Shown here piece by piece: positions 18,599 to 24,115 of a stretch of DNA of 24,115 nt. Source of the DNA: Verrucomicrobiota bacterium (lineage in GTDB: Bacteria > Verrucomicrobiota > Verrucomicrobiia > Chthoniobacterales > UBA6821); NCBI GenBank assembly GCA_041164985.1, contig JBEAOJ010000055.1, positions 1 through 24,115 on the forward strand, written 5' to 3'. A program made the position numbers and the translations under genes. The notes below the pieces were generated by a model, which was not told where the DNA came from, made no database searches, and worked only from the letters and a program-made list of their open reading frames with translations. Position 1 is the stretch's first letter. Each line of letters begins with the position of its first letter.

Positions 18599-18861
18599 CC
18601 GTTGCCCTGTCCGGCTTCGATCATCAGACTGGCCCAGCCCTCCACCGTGGAGGCGTTTTCCCTGGTCAGTCGCGCCGCGGGAAGCTGGATTCCGAAGTGT
18701 TGCTCGATCCGGACCAGGAGTTGCATGGTTCCGAGGGAATCCATCCCCGCGTCGAACAGGTCCGTCCGCTCGTCGAGATCGGGGATGTTTTCCAGGATTT
18801 CCTTGGAAAGGACTTCCAGAAGGAACGCCCTGCTTGTCTGCAAGTCTGGGGAAGCTGTCAT
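18595..18861 (-). CDS. Acyl/peptidyl carrier protein (ACP1)
   Basis: DLFDAGMDSLGTMQLLVRIEQHFGI with the DSL Ser. Start taken at ATG 18861 (MTASPDLQ); the TGA overlaps the oxidoreductase ATG. Confidence 0.88.
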   Translation of the reverse strand: MTASPDLQTSRAFLLEVLSKEILENIPDLDERTDLFDAGMDSLGTMQLLVRIEQHFGIQLPAARLTRENASTVEGWASLMIEAGQGNG

Positions 18862-18951
18862 CTTGGGTAGGGAAAACGATCCGGACTCTCGCATCTCCCG
18901 GGGAGCGGATACCACCCGGGAGTCAGGTGTATTCCCCGGGTCGAAGGGGTT

Positions 18952-19974
18952 TTACCAGCCCAGGATCATTGCGAAGACCAGCGGTGCAACGATCGAGGCG
19001 TCGGACTCGATGATGTGCTTCGGGGTGCTCTCGCCGAGTTTTCCCCAAGTGATCTTCTCGTTCGGCACGGCGCCGGAGTAGCTTCCGTAGCTGGTGGTCG
19101 AGTCGCTGATCTGGCAGAAGTAGCCCCAGAGCGGCACCTCGGGGCGCTGGAGATCCTGATGGAGCATCGGGACGACGCAGATCGGGAAATCGCCGGCGAT
19201 GCCGCCGCCGATCTGGAAGAATCCGATGGAGCCGTCGGGGGAATCGGCATGACGTCCGGAGCCCTTGGCGGCGCCGGGGAGGGGCTTGGAGTTCTTCGTG
19301 TACCAGTCGGCGAGCGCAATCATGTACTCGATTCCGGTGCGGACGGTGTGGACATTCTTCACGTCGCCGCTGATGACGTGACCGGCGTACATGTTGCCGA
19401 GCGTGGAATCCTCCCAACCGGGGACGAACATCGGGAGGTTTTTCTTCGCGGCCTCCATGAGCCAGCTGTTCTTCGGGTCGATCTGATGCTCAAGCTTCCC
19501 GCCGAGCAGGATCCGGTACATGAACTCGTGGGGGAAGAGGCGCTCACCCTTCTTGTCGGCGGCGACCCACTCCTCAAGGACGGCGTTCTCGATCCGGCGC
19601 ATCGCCTCCATCTCGGGAATGCAGGTGTCCGTCACGCGGTTCATGTGGCGCTCGAGCAGGCCCATCTCGTCGGCGGGTGTGAGGTCGCGGTAGTTGGGAA
19701 CGCGCTCGTAGAAGTCGTGGGCGACCAGGTTGAAGACATCCTCCTCGAGGTTGGCGCCGGTGCAGCAGATGGCATGAACCTTGCCTTGGCGGATCATCTC
19801 GGCGAGGGAAAGTCCGAGTTCGGCGGTGCTCATCGCGCCCGCGATGGTCATGAACATGGAGCCGCCCTTCTCGAGATGAGCGGTGTAGGAACGGGCGGCA
19901 TCCTTCAGCGCGGCGGCATTGAAGTGACGGTAGTGATGCTCGATGAATGTGGAGATGGGGCCGGGTGTGGACAT
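18952..19974 (-). CDS. Deoxyhypusine synthase-like protein (bacterial DHS/homospermidine synthase-like)
   Basis: AGAMSTAELG, CTGANLEED, PGWEDS, FQIGGGIAGDF, SYSGAVPNEKITWGK (conserved Lys). Confidence 0.9.
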   Translation of the reverse strand: MSTPGPISTFIEHHYRHFNAAALKDAARSYTAHLEKGGSMFMTIAGAMSTAELGLSLAEMIRQGKVHAICCTGANLEEDVFNLVAHDFYERVPNYRDLTPADEMGLLERHMNRVTDTCIPEMEAMRRIENAVLEEWVAADKKGERLFPHEFMYRILLGGKLEHQIDPKNSWLMEAAKKNLPMFVPGWEDSTLGNMYAGHVISGDVKNVHTVRTGIEYMIALADWYTKNSKPLPGAAKGSGRHADSPDGSIGFFQIGGGIAGDFPICVVPMLHQDLQRPEVPLWGYFCQISDSTTSYGSYSGAVPNEKITWGKLGESTPKHIIESDASIVAPLVFAMILGW

Positions 19975-19977
19975 GGG

Positions 19978-20033
19978 GGAAATGATGAAGGATGAATGAA
20001 AAATTATGAAGGATGAATGATGAAGGATGAACC
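19978..20033. repeat. Tandem heptamer array (ATGAAKG family), ~8 units
   Basis: GGAAATG ATGAAGG ATGAATG AAAAATT ATGAAGG ATGAATG ATGAAGG ATGAACC, ending 3 nt upstream of the DHS start codon. Confidence 0.85.
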
Positions 20034-20050
20034 AAGCCGGTGGGAATCGG

Positions 20051-20087
20051 TGCGTATGACTACAACGCAGTCGTAGCCCCGTAAGGG
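20051..20087. repeat. REP-like palindromic element (GTAG-type), copy C
   Basis: GACTACAAC-GCA-GTCGTAGCC hairpin, then GTAG-CCCC-GTAA-GGG. Revcomp of 20058-20079 matches 20902-20923 at 20/22. Confidence 0.7.
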
Positions 20088-20171
20088 AACCGCTGATAAA
20101 ATCGCATAGAGGCCGTTGCGGTAAGAGTTGGCCGCAGACAACGCGGCTATGCGGGCGAATCCCCGCAATGG
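20086..20171 (-). mobile_element. One end of an IS5-like MITE related to 1297-1569
   Basis: Revcomp of 20085-20171 aligns without gaps to 1484-1570 at 75/87. TIR GGAACCGCTGATAAAATCGCATAGAGGCCG. Confidence 0.8.
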
Positions 20172-20245
20172 AACGGCATCAATAGGTGTGGATGGTTAAC
20201 CCGGATGGCGGGACTTTACAGAGTTAAAAACGTTGAAGCGTTAAA

Positions 20246-20407
20246 CCCGAACTCCGAAGTTAAGAAGAGCCACTTGACATAATCTACTTCCCGCAAAGAA
20301 GTCTTGTCGATTCTCGCCTGTATCAATCGGTACGCCCTCGAAATCTCCGCAACTTCTATCGGCCATCATCTTACGCCAACCCATCTCTTTCATCTTCGGA
20401 GTTCGGG
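20246..20407. mobile_element. 162-bp MITE with IS1380-like ends
   Basis: Perfect 14-bp TIR CCCGAACTCCGAAG (20246-20259 / 20394-20407) and an identical 5-bp flank TTAAA on both sides (20241-20245, 20408-20412). Confidence 0.8.
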
Positions 20408-20867
20408 TTAAAAGGGTTACAAGGGCCTGAAAACCTTGATTCGACTCTTCGGCCCGTACTGCTGCGACCAGTTCTCCGAATACGCCATCTCGATTCTCAG
20501 ATCAGTTATACCATTTCCATGATTAGTCTGGTGGAATTGGCGAAGGGGTTTTGGTGATGGGCTAGGCGGAAGACCGAGGGCTATCTGAAGATAACCCGAG
20601 GGATGACAACAAAGCCCATCGCCGAAAGAACCCGCCGATTCTACCGGAATAAAAGTGGAGATGGTATTATTTCCGGATCCACTTTGACGCCAATTGCCTT
20701 TGCCTCAGCATCTCCCGATGCATTTTGATACAGCTTCCCTCCCGGGAAGCTGCGGCACCTTTCGGGCAGCGACAGAGTCTCAGTCTTCCGCTCACCCTTC
20801 CTGGTGTTTAGTTTGTCCCTTTAGGGACTGTCCCGGCAGTTGCGGGACAGGCTACGCCGTGCCACCA

Positions 20868-20930
20868 GGCACTCGGCGGTCGGCAAGCAGTGGCGCCCTT
20901 TGGGCTACGACTTCGTCGTAGTCTTACGCA
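20868..20930. repeat. REP-like palindromic element (GTAG-type), copy A
   Basis: GGCTACGAC-TTC-GTCGTAGTC hairpin preceded by CCC-TTT-GGG. Inverted relative to copy C; alignable to copy B over ~60 nt. Confidence 0.7.
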
Positions 20931-20963
20931 GCACCTCCCATAGCCTTAATTGTAACGCTTCAA

Positions 20964-20972
20964 TGTTATAAT
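20964..20972 (+). promoter_or_regulatory. Consensus extended -10 (TGtTATAAT) facing antisense into rpiB
   Basis: Exact TGnTATAAT. No good -35, and it lies within a repeat-like AT-rich end. Confidence 0.25.
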
Positions 20973-21053
20973 TTTTTAACCGCTTTCCCTCTCCCAGAAC
21001 ACTGTCCCTAATGCATAATCCGGGTTGCACCCAATCGCCTCACAGCGTCTTCC

Positions 21054-21506
21054 TTACTTCATCGGTTGGCCTGCTTCGTAGCGGGCCAGTTCCTCGATGC
21101 GGTTGACGTGGCGGCCACCTTCAAACGGGGTGGAAAGCCAGATGTCGATGAGGCGCTTCGCCGTCTCGAGGGGGACCATGCGCTCCCCGATGGAGAGGAC
21201 ATTCGCGTTGTTGTGCTGACTGGCCAGACGGGCGGTCTCCTCGCTCCATGCGATGGCACAGCGAATGCCCTTCACCTTGTTCGCGGCGATGGCCTCGCCG
21301 TTGCCGGAGCCCCCGACCACGATTCCCTTCTCGGTCTCTCCCTTGGCCACCTTCTCGGCGGCGGGAATGCACCAGATCGGGTAGTCGGTCGAGTCGGCGG
21401 AGTGGGTTCCGCAATCGATCACCTCGTGCCCCTGCTCGCGGAGCATGGCGACGAAAGCCTGCTTGTACTCGAATCCTGCGTGGTCGCTGCCGATGGAGAT
21501 TTTCAT
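21054..21506 (-). CDS. rpiB: Ribose-5-phosphate isomerase B
   Basis: IGSDHAG, DYP, GGSGNGEAIAANKVKGIR, HNNANVLSIG, FEGGRHVNRI. Confidence 0.96.
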   Translation of the reverse strand: MKISIGSDHAGFEYKQAFVAMLREQGHEVIDCGTHSADSTDYPIWCIPAAEKVAKGETEKGIVVGGSGNGEAIAANKVKGIRCAIAWSEETARLASQHNNANVLSIGERMVPLETAKRLIDIWLSTPFEGGRHVNRIEELARYEAGQPMK

Positions 21507-21524
21507 GACGGCTTTAGTACCGGT

Positions 21525-23276
21525 TCATGACCCGTTGCGCCAGCCGCAAAAAGAGACCCGTCCTCTTCTCCAGAGGAGGAAAACCCCGCCGGCCAGGAAG
21601 AGCAGGATCGTGCCGGGTTCTGGAACGGCTCCCACCGACCAGGCGATGCCGTAATCCTGGGAATTATAATTCCCGGAAAGGTCGAACAGGTTGGTGGAGT
21701 AACCGACGCGGATCCTGTAGGCACCCGGGTCATTCACCGCAAAGTAGAGGGACTGTGTCGTGCTCACCGGACTGATGCTCCGGGCGACGAGCTGATCACC
21801 ACCCTCCAGGATCCTGTAGACCATGAGGTCAAGCTGCGCCTGGGCGATGTCGAGGTAATCACCGTTGGTTCCGAGCTGACTGTCCCACTCGCGGCGGCGA
21901 AGCCAGTCGAGGGTCACGCTGATCTGCTGCCCTGCGAAGAGTTGGTCGGCCAGCACGTAGTCGTTGCCCATTCCCATGGAGACGGTTCCGTAGTCCCATC
22001 CCTTGGAGAACACGGAAAAACCAAGTCCCGATGCGTTGATGGGGATGCCCCGGGTTCCGTTGATATACTGATCGAAGGCCTCATTCAGGTTGAGGCGCCC
22101 GGCTCCCATCGCCCAATCGAGCGCCTGGGTCGTGGTGATGATGCCCTCGGAGATTTGCTGTCCGTTGTTCCACCCCGCGATCTTGTCGGCGGAATTCATC
22201 AGAACACTCTTGATGACGACGCTCCGGGTCGCCTCGTTGGTGATGCCGGAGAATTCGATTGCAGATTTCGCGGTACTGAGAAGCAGCGCGGCGCCACCGG
22301 CCACGAGCGGGGCCGCGAAGCTGGTTCCCGAGAGGGAGGTGTAGTAGTAGCCGTCCTGCGGTTGGCCGGAAGCGTTGGTGACGTAAGCCGCCGAGACAAG
22401 GGATGTTCCGGGGGCAACAAGATCGACGCCCGGGCGCGTTGCCGCGCCGCCTGCCGCCATGACGATATTGTTCCCGTCGAACCAAGCCGTGGTCTGCGGG
22501 CCTCGCGAGGAAAAGGAGGCCACCGATCCGTAGTTGGTTCCCCCGTCGAGGGCCCCGACCGAGAGGATGTTGTAGCCGGAAGCGGGGCCGCCGACGCTTC
22601 CCGCCGTACCCGCGTTGCCGGCGGCCGCCACCATGGTCGTGTGGGGATGGGCGATGGCAAGCGCATCGAGCAGTCCGCTGACGGTCCCCACGCCGGCCTG
22701 ATCAGGAGTGAATCCGACACTGGTGGAAAGGACATCCCCGCGGGCGGCCGAATTGGTGTAGGCGGAAATCACGCTCCTGTCCGAAACCTCGAAGCTTCCA
22801 TCCCCGTTTAGCGAGGTGGCCAGCGCGGCGGAACCAAGCGTGGTGAGCGGGGCCATCCCCAGCTTGTACCAGTAGTACGGCGCGGATGCCGGAATCCCGC
22901 CCAGAAGCATGCCGACCGCCGTGGCGTGTCCGTCAGGGGTGGTCAGCGCATCGCTCGATCCGTAGGTGTAGGAGAGATTCGAAATTGCCTCGTGCCCTCC
23001 CCAGACAAGACCCGCATCCACCACCCAACTAGTGGTGTTTTGGCCATAGACACCGACATTGTAAAAGGTTTGGGCGCCGGTCACATCCGCCAGATTGGCG
23101 GCCACACCGTTGCTGCCCGGGGTGGTGATGGCGAGCGGGGTGAAAGCGGTTCCGTCCGCGAAGGATTGGGCATGAAGCGGGGAGAACACCGCCCCGGCAA
23201 AGGCGCAGATTGCCGCGAATAATCCCGCGACGCGTAAACATCCCCGTCTTGATTGATCACGAACGGGCAACCGCAT
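21525..23276 (-). CDS. Secreted S8 (subtilase) serine peptidase with PEP-CTERM sorting domain
   Basis: Signal peptide; Asp (VVDAG), His (DGHATAV), oxyanion Asn (AAGN) and Ser (GTSFAAP); C-terminal VPEPGTILLFLAGGVFLLWRRGR. Confidence 0.9.
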   Translation of the reverse strand: MRLPVRDQSRRGCLRVAGLFAAICAFAGAVFSPLHAQSFADGTAFTPLAITTPGSNGVAANLADVTGAQTFYNVGVYGQNTTSWVVDAGLVWGGHEAISNLSYTYGSSDALTTPDGHATAVGMLLGGIPASAPYYWYKLGMAPLTTLGSAALATSLNGDGSFEVSDRSVISAYTNSAARGDVLSTSVGFTPDQAGVGTVSGLLDALAIAHPHTTMVAAAGNAGTAGSVGGPASGYNILSVGALDGGTNYGSVASFSSRGPQTTAWFDGNNIVMAAGGAATRPGVDLVAPGTSLVSAAYVTNASGQPQDGYYYTSLSGTSFAAPLVAGGAALLLSTAKSAIEFSGITNEATRSVVIKSVLMNSADKIAGWNNGQQISEGIITTTQALDWAMGAGRLNLNEAFDQYINGTRGIPINASGLGFSVFSKGWDYGTVSMGMGNDYVLADQLFAGQQISVTLDWLRRREWDSQLGTNGDYLDIAQAQLDLMVYRILEGGDQLVARSISPVSTTQSLYFAVNDPGAYRIRVGYSTNLFDLSGNYNSQDYGIAWSVGAVPEPGTILLFLAGGVFLLWRRGRVSFCGWRNGS

Positions 23277-23326
23277 GCGTAAAAACTATAACGACGACCG
23301 ACCCTGCCGCAAGCCGGAGTCCCGGT

Positions 23327-23569
23327 TCAGCCCTCGATCGTGTTGATCTCGACCGGCTCGACCTTCACGCCAAGCTCCTCGAGCCAGGCGATGGCCCTCT
23401 TGTTCTCTCCCCGCTCACCGCTGAGTTCGAGGGAGACGATGCCGACTTCCTCATTGACGCTCGCCTGTCGGATGCTGGTGGTGACGGCGAACTTGTGGCC
23501 GAGTTCGTGAATGATCGGGCGGGTGATGAGCTTCGCCGGATACATCAGCCAGAGGCGGGTCGTTTCCAT
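23327..23569 (-). CDS. Stand-alone NIL domain protein
   Basis: 80 aa: LMYPAKLITRPIIHELGHKFAVTTSIRQASV...GIVSLELSG...AIAWLEELGVKVE, the NIL (ACT-like) pattern. Confidence 0.82.
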   Translation of the reverse strand: METTRLWLMYPAKLITRPIIHELGHKFAVTTSIRQASVNEEVGIVSLELSGERGENKRAIAWLEELGVKVEPVEINTIEG

Positions 23570-23606
23570 GGATGGAGAATCGGAGGTTAAAGGCGCGGAT
23601 GCAAGA

Positions 23607-23636
23607 GGGAGCTGTTGGGAGCTATTGAAAGCTCTT
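23607..23636. repeat. Three degenerate 10-mers in the moaD-NIL spacer
   Basis: GGGAGCTGTT GGGAGCTATT GAAAGCTCTT; shares the AGCTCC core (reverse strand) with the 399-454 array. Confidence 0.55.
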
Positions 23637-23652
23637 GGGGTGAGGAGGGAAA

Positions 23653-23925
23653 CTATCCTCCGGCGATGGCGGGGACGATGGAGATCACATCGGCCTCCTT
23701 GACGGGTGTCTCCTTCTCCTGCAGGAAGCGGACGTCCTCGTCGTTCACGAAGATGTTCACGAAGCGGCGGATGGTTCCCTGCTCGTCGACGATGCGCTCA
23801 CCGAGGCCCGGGAAGTTGGCGTTGAGTTCGTCGAGGACGGCGCCGAGGGTGGCACCGGAGGCGGTGACCTCCTCCTGGTTGTTGGTGAGCTTGCGGAGCG
23901 GGGTGGGGATGCGGATGGTGGGCAT
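23653..23925 (-). CDS. MoaD/ThiS (CysO-like) ubiquitin-like sulfur carrier protein
   Basis: MPTIRIPTPLR, RRFVNIFVNDEDVRFL, C-terminal IVPAIAGG (di-Gly). Confidence 0.92.
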   Translation of the reverse strand: MPTIRIPTPLRKLTNNQEEVTASGATLGAVLDELNANFPGLGERIVDEQGTIRRFVNIFVNDEDVRFLQEKETPVKEADVISIVPAIAGG

Positions 23926-23983
23926 GTGATTAGGAGTTTAGCGGTTTAGACTGAAGGCTGGTAGGAATGGACGACAGAAAGGA

Positions 23984-24011
23984 TGAAACCTGAAACTGGA
24001 AACCTGAGGAT
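23984..24011. repeat. Short heptamer array (TGAAACY family)
   Basis: TGAAACC TGAAACT GGAAACC TGAGGAT, immediately after the upstream gene's stop on the minus strand. Confidence 0.6.
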
Positions 24012-24115
24012 TATGACTTAATGGCCACTTCGTCGGCGACGAGGGCCTCGAATTCGCGGAGGCTGGCGCCGATAACGCGCGGCTCGCCCACCTTGCCGAT
24101 GATCGCCTCCTGGGT
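24011..24115 (-). CDS. C-terminal 34 aa of a gene running off the window, probably threonine synthase-like (PLP fold type II)
   Basis: TQEAIIGKVGEPRVIGASLREFEALVADEVAIKS* resembles the tail after the GLKT motif of short ThrC proteins; the adjacent MoaD-like and NIL genes fit this. Only 34 aa are visible. Confidence 0.55.
   Translation of the reverse strand, partial: TQEAIIGKVGEPRVIGASLREFEALVADEVAIKS

Noticed and set aside
5657-18861. Naming the cluster an aryl polyene BGC outright
   Set aside because: Ketoreductase, methyltransferase, the second dehydratase and any aromatic-starter gene are missing from the window, so the product class cannot be assigned.
20417-20820. Two overlapping stop-free minus-strand frames (59 and 95 codons) that one frameshift could join into a pseudogene
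   Set aside because: No start codon or recognisable motif, and a stop-free run of this length is not clearly beyond chance in 1 kb over six frames. A BLASTX hit would be needed to revive it.
20694-20921. 75-aa plus-strand ORF in the spacer
   Set aside because: It runs through hairpin and REP repeats, and the composition is not protein-like.
20198-21026. 9-bp inverted repeat AACCCGGAT / ATCCGGGTT as ends of an ~830-bp element
   Set aside because: Too short, and the flanks show no target-site duplication.

Overview
High-GC bacterial chromosomal window, probably Verrucomicrobiota (inferred from a PEP-CTERM protein and overall gene style; not verified). Plus strand (1-5120): a partial small ORF, a metallophosphoesterase, a 273-bp IS5-like MITE, kup and guaB. 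Minus strand (5142-24115): a cupin; a ~13-kb tightly coupled operon resembling aryl-polyene/type II FAS-PKS glycolipid clusters; a deoxyhypusine-synthase-like gene; a ~1-kb gene-free spacer of nested MITE/REP-like repeats; rpiB; a PEP-CTERM subtilase; and a NIL / MoaD-like / ThrC-like trio. The operon encodes 2 ACPs, an FAD oxidoreductase, an AMP ligase, GT2, a NodB deacetylase, a lipid A-type acyltransferase, a FabZ-like dehydratase, a LolA-like protein, MMPL, an active KS plus a CLF-like KS, a flippase-like membrane protein and a BamE-like lipoprotein. It has no ketoreductase, methyltransferase or thioesterase, so it is the best candidate for an undescribed system (product unknown). The second signal is a small-repeat mobilome: related IS5-like ends at three sites (one collapsed to a 12-bp palindrome), an IS1380-like 162-bp MITE, GTAG-type REPs and heptamer arrays in gene leaders. 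All calls come from reading motifs by eye; no database searches were run.
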